From Candidatus Omnitrophota bacterium (GTDB lineage: Bacteria > Omnitrophota > Gorgyraeia > Gygaellales > Profunditerraquicolaceae), in NCBI GenBank assembly GCA_041663665.1, contig JBAYMG010000005.1, positions 1,354 through 65,353 of the forward strand: a DNA stretch of 64,000 bases. Reading direction: 5' to 3'. Every line of letters begins with the position of its first letter. The stretch's first letter is position 1. A program made the translations under genes and the position numbers. Positions 56,439 to 64,000 of the stretch are shown in pieces. Under the pieces are notes generated by a model. The model had not been told where the DNA came from. It saw nothing but the letters and a program-made list of their open reading frames with translations, and made no database searches.

Positions 56439-57694
56439 CCGAGAATAAGCACTACTCAGAAAAAAAGATAATTGAAAAGTTGCCGCTTCCTTCGAGAGTA
56501 TACCTGCCTTTAATTCAACATTTAGGAAAAATTTGTAATCCGGAAGTAAAGGTTGGCGATTTAGTTAAGCTTGGCCAAAGGATTGCCAGTATCGAAGCCC
56601 ATGTTTATGCTCCGATTCATGCTTCAATATCCGGTAAAGTGGCTTCTATCCAGGATTATCCGCATCCTGTTTTAGGCAGGGCTAAAGCCATTGTTATTGA
56701 AGGAGACGGCCAGAATGAGGAAGCATCATTTATTCAAAAAACCCAACAGGAAATAGACCGGCTTACGGCAGGAGAGCTAAGAAAAATTGTTTTAGATTCA
56801 GGGATAGTCGGTATGGGTGGAGCAAGTTTTCCGACACATATAAAGCTTAATCCTCCAAAGCCGGTAACTACTTTAATTATTAATGGCGCAGAGTGTGAGC
56901 CGTACTTAACCGCAGACAGCCGGTTAATGGTTGAAAAGGCCAGCCAGATTTATGCCGCCGGCACATTAGTCGCCCGGTGTTTGAATATAAAAGAAATTTA
57001 TATCGGGATAGAGGAGAATAAGCCCGAAGCGATAAGTGTTTTTTCTAAATTTCCCGGGATTAAGGTTAGAGTTTTAAAATCAGACTATCCGCAGGGCGGA
57101 GAAAAGCAACTGATTCAGAATGTGCTCGGTAGGCAAATACCCCGCGGGAAGCTGCCCTTTGATATCGGAGTTATAGTGCAAAATGTAGCTACGTTTTATG
57201 CAATTTATGAGGCTGTTTACCGGGGCAAGCCTCTAATTGAAAGGATAGTTACGGTTACCGGAAGCTGTGTAGAAAACCCAAAAAATCTATTAGTGCGTTT
57301 AGGTACGCCAATAAAAAATTTGATTGAATTTTGCGGGGTGCTTAAGTCTAGCCCGGTTAAGATTATTATCGGAGGGCCGATGATGGGCCTGGCTCAGTAT
57401 ACAGACCAGGTTCCGATAATAAAATCAAGCAACGGGGTGTTGCTGATGGATAAAATCGAAGCTAAAATTTTAGATGAGGATCCTTGTATTCGCTGTGCAG
57501 CATGTGTACGTAATTGTCCGGTTGGGCTTATGCCTTGTCAGATTAATTTAGCATCCGAGAGGTCACTTTGGACTTTAACTAAAGAATATGGAGCTAGTGA
57601 TTGTATTGAATGTGGTATATGTAATTATGTCTGCCCATCTAACCGCAGGTTGTTGCAGACAATTAAGAGAGCAAAGTTAGAGGGAGCTAAATAA
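56426..57694 (+). CDS. rnfC: Rnf complex subunit C (start refined to the ATG at 56426 with SD GGAAGG)
   Basis: RnfC/NqrA N-terminal domain, the GMGGASFPTHIKL NADH-binding motif, and two C-terminal 4Fe-4S CxxCxxCxxxCP motifs. Confidence 0.85.
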   Translation: MVRLTENKHYSEKKIIEKLPLPSRVYLPLIQHLGKICNPEVKVGDLVKLGQRIASIEAHVYAPIHASISGKVASIQDYPHPVLGRAKAIVIEGDGQNEEASFIQKTQQEIDRLTAGELRKIVLDSGIVGMGGASFPTHIKLNPPKPVTTLIINGAECEPYLTADSRLMVEKASQIYAAGTLVARCLNIKEIYIGIEENKPEAISVFSKFPGIKVRVLKSDYPQGGEKQLIQNVLGRQIPRGKLPFDIGVIVQNVATFYAIYEAVYRGKPLIERIVTVTGSCVENPKNLLVRLGTPIKNLIEFCGVLKSSPVKIIIGGPMMGLAQYTDQVPIIKSSNGVLLMDKIEAKILDEDPCIRCAACVRNCPVGLMPCQINLASERSLWTLTKEYGASDCIECGICNYVCPSNRRLLQTIKRAKLEGAK

Positions 57695-57695
57695 T

Positions 57696-58220
57696 ATGAA
57701 AGAGATGGCTCGTTACGGTTTTATCTTGGCGCTTATTTGTATAGTTGCTGCCGGACTTTTAGCTGGAGTTAATGCACTTACTCGCACAAAGATAGCTGGT
57801 CAGGCTATTGCTTCGGAGCAAAGTGCGCTTAGAGAAGTCATGCCCTTAGCAGTTAGATTTAGCGAGATTAAGTCGGGTGAGGAGATATTATATTATAAAG
57901 CATTTGATAGCCAGGATAAATTGATTGGTTTTGTTTTTAAAGCTAGTGGAAAAGGATATTCTAGTGTGGTTGTAACTTTAGCCGGAATCTTTCTTGATTT
58001 AAAAATTAGTGCGATAAAAGTTATTTCTCAAAATGAAACTCCGGGCTTAGGGGTGCGTGTAACTGAAGATCAATTCCAGAATCATTTCAATAATCAGAAT
58101 TGTTTAGATTTATCCGGTGTTGAGGCAATTACTGGAGCGACAATTTCTAGTCGAGCAGTAATAAATTCAGTAATGAAAAAAGCACAGGAAATAAGTGAGT
58201 TAATAAAAAATGAAAGATAA
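57696..58220 (+). CDS. rnfG: Rnf complex subunit G (FMN-binding)
   Basis: FMN_bind motif ITGATISSRAV with an N-terminal TM anchor. Confidence 0.8.
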   Translation: MKEMARYGFILALICIVAAGLLAGVNALTRTKIAGQAIASEQSALREVMPLAVRFSEIKSGEEILYYKAFDSQDKLIGFVFKASGKGYSSVVVTLAGIFLDLKISAIKVISQNETPGLGVRVTEDQFQNHFNNQNCLDLSGVEAITGATISSRAVINSVMKKAQEISELIKNER

Positions 58221-59151
58221 ATTATTAGTTTCTGGTTCACCGCATATCCATAAAGATGAATCTATATCCCGCATTATGTGGGCGGTGGTAATTAGTTTAA
58301 TTCCTGCTGGAATTGCGGGCGTAATTATTTTTGGACTTGATGCTTTATGGGTTACGCTAATTGCGATATTTGCTGCAGTATTAACTGAATTGACTATCCA
58401 GGTAATTACTAAGAAAAAAATAACTATCCTTGATGGTTCAGCTGTAATTACCGGAATATTGTTAGCCTATAATCTTCCACCAAATGTACCTTTATGGCTT
58501 CCGGTAATTGGTGCAGTATTTTCTATTGCTATCGGCAAACAGGTTTTTGGTGGCATAGGACAGAATATTTTTAATCCAGCTTTAGTTGGCCGCGTATTTT
58601 TAATGGCTAGCTGGCCAAAATATATGACTACTTTTGTCAAACCATTTAGTCTTGATGCGGTAACTGCGGCTACTCCTTTGGCTGCACTGCGTGAAGGAAA
58701 AATCTTGGAACATATTTCATATTTGGATTTATTTTTAGGTAAGCGCGGCGGTTGTATCGGGGAAGTATGTATTTTGGCATTATTGCTTGGTGCGGCATTT
58801 CTTTTTTTAAGAGGTTATATTACCTGGCATATACCGGTAACTTATATCTTAACCACTGCGGTATTTATGTATATTTTTGGCGGTACTGGGCTTTTCCACG
58901 GGGATTGGTTATTTCAGGTATTAAGCGGCGGGTTAATTCTGGGTGCATTTTTTATGGCTACAGATTATGTGGCAACTCCTTTGACTGCTAGTGGTCAGTT
59001 AATTTTCGGCTTAGGATGCGGTTTGCTTACTGCAGTTATCCGGATTTGGGGCGGGTATCCTGAGGGGGTTTCATACGCTATATTAATGATGAATGGAGCA
59101 ACACCATTTATTGATCGCTATACTAAAAATAGAATTTACGGAACAAAATGA
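58210..59151 (+). CDS. rnfD: Rnf complex subunit D
   Basis: SGSPHIH N-terminus and a VTAATPL flavinylation motif; NqrB-like polytopic protein. Confidence 0.85.
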   Translation: MKDKLLVSGSPHIHKDESISRIMWAVVISLIPAGIAGVIIFGLDALWVTLIAIFAAVLTELTIQVITKKKITILDGSAVITGILLAYNLPPNVPLWLPVIGAVFSIAIGKQVFGGIGQNIFNPALVGRVFLMASWPKYMTTFVKPFSLDAVTAATPLAALREGKILEHISYLDLFLGKRGGCIGEVCILALLLGAAFLFLRGYITWHIPVTYILTTAVFMYIFGGTGLFHGDWLFQVLSGGLILGAFFMATDYVATPLTASGQLIFGLGCGLLTAVIRIWGGYPEGVSYAILMMNGATPFIDRYTKNRIYGTK

Positions 59152-59741
59152 AAAATTTAATCAAAGAATTTACCAAAGGCATAATTAAAGAAAATCCTAC
59201 ATTTGTTTTAGTTCTAGGTTTATGCCCGACATTGGCAGTTTCAGTGACCGTGGCTAATGGCATTGGTATGGGCATAGCCGCTACTTTTGTGCTTTTAGGG
59301 TCAAGCCTAATTATTTCCTTGGTTAGGGATTTTATCCCTGATAAGGTCCGTATACCTTGTTATATCGTTATTATCGCTACTTTTGTTACTGTCGTTGAAT
59401 TGTGTATGAAGGCTTATAGCCCGGTATTGGATCGTGCTTTAGGCATTTATGTTCCGTTAATTGTTGTTAATTGTATAGTCTTGGGGCGAGCTGAGGCGTT
59501 TGCTTGTAAAAATAATTTCTCCCGTTCATTTTTTGACGGCTTAGGAATGGGCTTAGGTTTTACTCTGGCTTTAATCTTAATTTCGGCAATCAGGGAATTT
59601 TTAGGCTCAGGCCAGATCTTGGGTATTAGTTTAATTAAAGGATTTGAACCGATATTTGTTTTTGGTATGCCTTCAGGCGCATTGTTAGTGATTGGATTGT
59701 TGCTGGGATTTTTTAATTTATTAAAGAATAAAAAAATATGA
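59148..59741 (+). CDS. rnfE: Rnf complex subunit E
   Basis: LVLGLCPTLAV and NCIVLGRAEAFA motifs. Confidence 0.85.
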   Translation: MKNLIKEFTKGIIKENPTFVLVLGLCPTLAVSVTVANGIGMGIAATFVLLGSSLIISLVRDFIPDKVRIPCYIVIIATFVTVVELCMKAYSPVLDRALGIYVPLIVVNCIVLGRAEAFACKNNFSRSFFDGLGMGLGFTLALILISAIREFLGSGQILGISLIKGFEPIFVFGMPSGALLVIGLLLGFFNLLKNKKI

Positions 59742-60346
59742 ACTTACAAGAATTCCTAACCATATTTATTTCTGCGGTATTTATCTACAATGTCATACTT
59801 TCCCGTTTTTTAGGGCTATGTTCTTTTATTGCTATTTCTAAGGAAACCAAGCCGGCTTTGGCGATGAGCTCGGCGGTAATGTTTGTCATTGTTGCTTCAA
59901 GTGCAATCACCTGGTTTGTTTATCGCTTTCTTCTTGTGCCATTTAATTTAACTTACCTGCGTACGATTTCGTTTATTTTAGTTATTGCTACTTTTGTCCA
60001 GCTGGTAGAGATGGTGATTAAAAAAGTAAGCCCACAGATCTACCGGGCATTTGGAATTTATCTGCCTTTAATTACGGTAAATTGCGCGGTATTAGGCGTT
60101 GCAGTATTAAATATTGATATGTTTTTTGTAAACGGGAAGGCACTTGCCGGGAGTTTTTATTATTCTGTTTTTCAGGGAGTGTGCGTAGGTTTAGGGTATA
60201 CTTTGGCAATGCTTTTAATGAGCGGGATAAGGGAAAGGCTTGAGCTCTGTAATGCTCCCAAGGCTTTTAAAGATTTTCCTTTAGCTTTTATTATTGCTTC
60301 AATTTTAAGTTTAAGTTTTATGGGTTTTAGCGGGTTTAGGTTCTAG
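59738..60346 (+). CDS. rnfA: Rnf complex subunit A
   Basis: NVILSRFLGLCSF and NCAVLGVA motifs. Confidence 0.85.
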   Translation: MNLQEFLTIFISAVFIYNVILSRFLGLCSFIAISKETKPALAMSSAVMFVIVASSAITWFVYRFLLVPFNLTYLRTISFILVIATFVQLVEMVIKKVSPQIYRAFGIYLPLITVNCAVLGVAVLNIDMFFVNGKALAGSFYYSVFQGVCVGLGYTLAMLLMSGIRERLELCNAPKAFKDFPLAFIIASILSLSFMGFSGFRF

Positions 60347-60462
60347 GGGTAATCCCCCGCGTAACGGCTTAAAAATTCATTTGGAATTTTTTCGCACGCT
60401 CGGGATAAATTCGCGCACTGATTTATTTTCACTGTCGTGTTCGTAAGTCAAGCGCTCATTTA

Positions 60463-61251
60463 ATGGAAATCTTAATTGCTATCTTAATCTTAGGTTCACT
60501 TGGCTTGTTGTTTGGGGTAGGACTAGCTATTGCCTCAAAAAAATTAGCTGTTGCTGTCGATTTAAAATTAGAAGAAGTGCAGCATTTGCTTCCCGGGGCA
60601 AATTGCGGGGCTTGCGGCAACCCCGGATGTTTTGGCTTTGCTGAGAGCTTGCTTAGCGGGAAAAGTAAAGTAGATGCTTGTCGAGTTTGTAGTCAGGAGA
60701 TTCAGGAGAAGATTGCTAAGGTTATGGGACAGACTGTTGATAAACAAATCAAAAAAATTGCTACTTTGCACTGTAATGGTGGTCTAAAGGTTCAAGATAA
60801 ATATCGATATAATGGAGTCGATGATTGTATCGCAGCAAATCAAGTTTTAGGTGGGCAAAAGGAATGTGTTTTTGCTTGTCTTGGTTTCGGTACCTGCGAG
60901 AAAGCCTGTCCATTTGGTGCAATTATTATGTCAGCTAATCGTTTACCTATAATTGATAAAATAAAATGTCGCTCTTGTAATAAATGTGCATTAGCTTGTC
61001 CTAAAAAAATATTATCACTTGTTTCTACGGCCCACCCTGTTTATGTGGCTTGTAGTTCACATGATTCAGGCCGGGATGTAAAGGCGATTTGCTCGGTTGG
61101 TTGTATTGCCTGTAAACTATGTGAGAAGGCTTGTAAGTATGATGCTATCCATGTAGTTGATAATTTAGCAGTAATTGATTATAATAAATGTACATCTTGT
61201 AAGGCATGCGTGGAAGTATGTCCTGCTAAAACAATCTTGGTGAGAGCATGA
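60463..61251 (+). CDS. rnfB: Rnf complex subunit B (polyferredoxin)
   Basis: N-terminal TM, a CGACGNPGC cluster, and several CxxCxxCxxxCP ferredoxin motifs. Confidence 0.8.
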   Translation: MEILIAILILGSLGLLFGVGLAIASKKLAVAVDLKLEEVQHLLPGANCGACGNPGCFGFAESLLSGKSKVDACRVCSQEIQEKIAKVMGQTVDKQIKKIATLHCNGGLKVQDKYRYNGVDDCIAANQVLGGQKECVFACLGFGTCEKACPFGAIIMSANRLPIIDKIKCRSCNKCALACPKKILSLVSTAHPVYVACSSHDSGRDVKAICSVGCIACKLCEKACKYDAIHVVDNLAVIDYNKCTSCKACVEVCPAKTILVRA

Positions 61252-61853
61252 ATTTAGCTATATTTGCTTCAGGTAGCGGGAGTAATTTTTCGGCAATCGC
61301 GAGAAAGATAAAGCAAGATAAAATTAAAGTAAGATTAGTGATTTTGGTTTGTGACCAACCAAATGCTTTTGTAATTAAGCGTGCAGAAAAAGCTGGAATT
61401 AAGGCAATTTTAGTCAGCAGGGAAGATTTCAAAAATCGGGCTGATTTTGAAGTAGCGATAATCCAGAGATTGAAAGCTTATAAAATTAATTTAATTGCGT
61501 TGGCCGGATTTATGCGGCTACTTAGCCCGGATTTTGTGAAGCTTTACCGTAATCGTATTATAAATATCCATCCTTCATTATTACCGGCATTTAAGGGGGC
61601 TAGTGCGATAAAAGATGCTTTTAATTGCCAGGTTGGGTCAACCGGAGTTACGGTGCATTTTATTGATGAAGAGGTTGATCATGGCCCGATTATTTTGCAG
61701 CAAGAAGTGAAAATTAAAAGTCAGGATACTTTAGCTTCGCTTGAGAAAAAAATACATGCTGTTGAACACAAGCTTTATCCGGAGGTAATCAAGTTATTTG
61801 TCGGCGGTAAAATTAAGGTAAGAGGCAGGAAGGTATCAATTTCTACTCTTTAG
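61248..61853 (+). CDS. purN: Phosphoribosylglycinamide formyltransferase PurN
   Basis: IFASGSGSNFSAI N-terminus and the NIHPSLLP catalytic motif. Confidence 0.85.
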   Translation: MNLAIFASGSGSNFSAIARKIKQDKIKVRLVILVCDQPNAFVIKRAEKAGIKAILVSREDFKNRADFEVAIIQRLKAYKINLIALAGFMRLLSPDFVKLYRNRIINIHPSLLPAFKGASAIKDAFNCQVGSTGVTVHFIDEEVDHGPIILQQEVKIKSQDTLASLEKKIHAVEHKLYPEVIKLFVGGKIKVRGRKVSISTL

Positions 61854-62742
61854 AATCAGCCAAGACCGCTTTTTGATTAAGAATAGACTTTTTCCCGGTT
61901 GCTTGATTCCAAATCTCTACCAGTGTAATATCTTTAAATCCGTAAGTATTCAGGGTATAAGTGATTATTTTTAAAACCTCTTTATCAATGTCTGCATTTT
62001 TTTCTACTTCCGGTTTTTGGAATTTTAATTTTATGCGGCCCTGGATTTGATCGGCAATAAATTCTTCCAAGCCTATCTTATGGTAATCTAAGTGGTTGCC
62101 GTCTTTGTCTCCAATAATTTGTGCTGAAACTGTTGTATCTTGAATAATGCGATGCATATATTCGGCTTGGGAAATAAAGCCGTAGGAAAGTTTTTTCAGG
62201 TCCATTAAATGAAAAATCTGTTTTATCTCGAAACCATTTTTAATATCCGCAGTAACGATGCAGAAGAATAAGGGCCTATCTTCTTTTGAATTATCGATAC
62301 TAAAGAGTACCCGGCGGATGACCTGCAGCAGGTAAAATATTTTCTCATTAACCGTTTTATCTAAAATCATATCCTGTTGTTTTTCTTTTTCAGCTGTTGG
62401 AGTTATAAAATAATTAATTTTTAACACCTTTTCATTAAGTGAATTTTTTTTGTCTTCTAATAGAAATCTTTCGATATATTTTTCCGGTTTGGGGGGTTTA
62501 GTGACAATATCTTCAAGCGGCATGTATACCCAGAGGGTATTGTCGGTTAGCTTGGCAGAGATATCAAGTTTGTACTCTGCCTTGGCAATATCCTTGACAG
62601 CTTGAGCGATATTCTCTCTTAAGAATGATGGTGAAGTAGAAGAGGTGCAGGCGGATAAAAATAGAATAAGCGGAAAAAGTTTAAGGGCGGCTTTTGCCAA
62701 ATTCTTTGAAGATAGCTTCAATCTCATCGTAGTTAAGTTCAC
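61843..62742 (-). CDS. Hypothetical lipoprotein
   Basis: Lipobox LILFLSACTSS; no recognised domain. Confidence 0.45.
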   Translation of the reverse strand: MNLTTMRLKLSSKNLAKAALKLFPLILFLSACTSSTSPSFLRENIAQAVKDIAKAEYKLDISAKLTDNTLWVYMPLEDIVTKPPKPEKYIERFLLEDKKNSLNEKVLKINYFITPTAEKEKQQDMILDKTVNEKIFYLLQVIRRVLFSIDNSKEDRPLFFCIVTADIKNGFEIKQIFHLMDLKKLSYGFISQAEYMHRIIQDTTVSAQIIGDKDGNHLDYHKIGLEEFIADQIQGRIKLKFQKPEVEKNADIDKEVLKIITYTLNTYGFKDITLVEIWNQATGKKSILNQKAVLADSKE

Positions 62743-64000
62743 TTTTAGCTACTAGTTCTTTGGCCAGCCGGTCCATAAGCGGTTCCTCTTTTTTAAGCAG
62801 GGCAGTTACTTCGCAAAGGCAGGAATTTAGTATGTCTTGAACATCAGCATCAAGCTTTGCTTTAATGTCTTCGGAAATTTTATCGAGCATTTCCCAATTA
62901 CCTAAAAATCCGCTTTTACCCATGCCGCAAGACCAAACCATGCTATGGGCATGGTGCATGGCGCTGGAGAAATCTCCGTATACGCCGCTGGTTGTGGCAT
63001 TATATTTAATTTTTTCAGCCGCGTATGAACCAAGGCTGATTTTAATTTTACTTAACAGCTCATTAGAGTCCTCAATAAAAGTATCTTCTCTTTCCGGGAT
63101 CCAGGTTGCTCCGCCGGTTGGCCCGCGGGGGGTAATAGTTATTTTAAAGACATCTTTAGAGGGAGCTAAGAGGTAAGTGGTAATGGCGTGCCCGGCTTCA
63201 TGGTAAGCGGTTTGCAATTTTTCCTTGTCGCTTAATTTAATCCTGCGTTTTATACCTAAGGCAATTCTTTCTCTGGCTTCATCAATTTCTTTCATGGAAA
63301 TTGATTCATTTTGATTACGCACAGTAATCAGCGCTGCTTCTCGGACGATATTGGCAATATCTGCCGGGCTTTGGCCGACAGTAATGCGTGCCAGGCGGTC
63401 AATTTTTACATCTGCCGGATCGTATTTTACTTTTGTAAGATAGTAGGCAAAAAGTTTGGCCCGATCCTCAAGGTTAGGTTTATCTACGATGATTTTACGG
63501 TCAAATCTTCCCGGCCTAAGCAGGGCTTGATCAAGATAAGTTTCCGGGGCGTTGGTTGCACCAATTAAAACAATGTTATAATCTTTGTCTTTTAAGCCAT
63601 CCATTTCAACCAGCAGCTGATTTAAGGTAGTGTTGTGTTCAGTAGTTCCGCCAAATCCGCGGTCCATGGAACGTTGAGCGCCGACAGCGTCAATTTCATC
63701 AATAAAGATTATGCAGCCGCCTTCAAGTTCCGCTAACTGTTGAGCTCTTTTAAACAGCGAGCGCACGCGGCCGGCTCCAACGCCGACAAACATTTCAACA
63801 AATTCCGATCCTGACATAGAGATAAAGGGAAGCTTGGTTTCTGTGGCGATTGCTTTAGCTAAATAAGTTTTACCGCAGCCCGGAGGGCCGAGCATCAGGA
63901 TGCCTTTAAGAATCTTCCCGCCAATGCGCTGAAGGCTGGCGCGGTCAGTAATTAATTTAACTATTTCCAGGGCTTCTTGTTTGGCCTCGTCCATGCCAAT
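62681..64000 (-). CDS. ftsH: ATP-dependent zinc metalloprotease FtsH, C-terminal two-thirds (N-terminus beyond window)
   Basis: AAA Walker A ([15 protein letters not shown]), SRH, and the M41 HEAGHAI zinc motif. The ORF is open to the window edge. Confidence 0.9.
   Translation of the reverse strand: MGMDEAKQEALEIVKLITDRASLQRIGGKILKGILMLGPPGCGKTYLAKAIATETKLPFISMSGSEFVEMFVGVGAGRVRSLFKRAQQLAELEGGCIIFIDEIDAVGAQRSMDRGFGGTTEHNTTLNQLLVEMDGLKDKDYNIVLIGATNAPETYLDQALLRPGRFDRKIIVDKPNLEDRAKLFAYYLTKVKYDPADVKIDRLARITVGQSPADIANIVREAALITVRNQNESISMKEIDEARERIALGIKRRIKLSDKEKLQTAYHEAGHAITTYLLAPSKDVFKITITPRGPTGGATWIPEREDTFIEDSNELLSKIKISLGSYAAEKIKYNATTSGVYGDFSSAMHHAHSMVWSCGMGKSGFLGNWEMLDKISEDIKAKLDADVQDILNSCLCEVTALLKKEEPLMDRLAKELVAKSELNYDEIEAIFKEFGKSRP

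Noticed and set aside
60347-60462. Separate gene or RNA in the 116-bp rnfA-rnfB gap
   Set aside because: No ORF with an SD and no convincing hairpin. Noted only as a GC-richer spacer within the rnf finding.

Overview
This 64 kb window looks like core chromosome of a low-GC, diderm (LptE, LpxL-type acyltransferase, Lnt, TonB-dependent receptor), probably anaerobic bacterium (Rnf complex, hybrid-cluster protein, superoxide reductase, rubredoxin, flavodiiron protein). About 85 genes are packed almost entirely on the + strand. No transposase, integrase, CRISPR or obvious defense island was seen. Housekeeping genes recognised from motifs include rpsT, murJ, uvrC-like, pilT, prfB (with its conserved +1 programmed frameshift), secA, lnt, bioY, zupT, mnmA, nadA, uppP, mscL, purN, ftsH, two cspA paralogs, tRNA-Phe(GAA), tRNA-Thr(CGU) and a six-gene rnf operon. 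The most unusual sequence-level signal is a dispersed family of long tandem direct repeats at three loci (54-bp units at 27999-28190 and 40351-40447; a diverged 63-bp variant at 54291-54483). The repeats share a conserved core, have a period that is a multiple of 3 and close to a whole number of helical turns, and in two cases end about 10 bp upstream of a consensus TTGACA -35 box. The first array heads a large + strand cluster (28.2-37.2 kb) encoding an Rrf2-family (NsrR/IscR-like) regulator, class-3 Hcp, superoxide reductase, rubredoxin, FNR-like reductase, flavodiiron protein, Grx-like/TrxR, Nfu, a LarE-like PP-loop protein, NifS/IscS and BirA. Its promoter carries overlapping ATGATAC/GTATCAT palindromes and a 25-codon ORF with a perfect 10-nt Shine-Dalgarno. 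Other points worth a look are a three-domain cNMP-binding/degenerate ParA-like/patatin protein, an unlisted 26-codon bTHX-like ribosomal protein ORF, a PEGA-GT2(QxxRW)-PilT module, and leaderless promoters sharing TTGACAGTTAGG. All functional calls are from motif recognition by eye; no database search was run.
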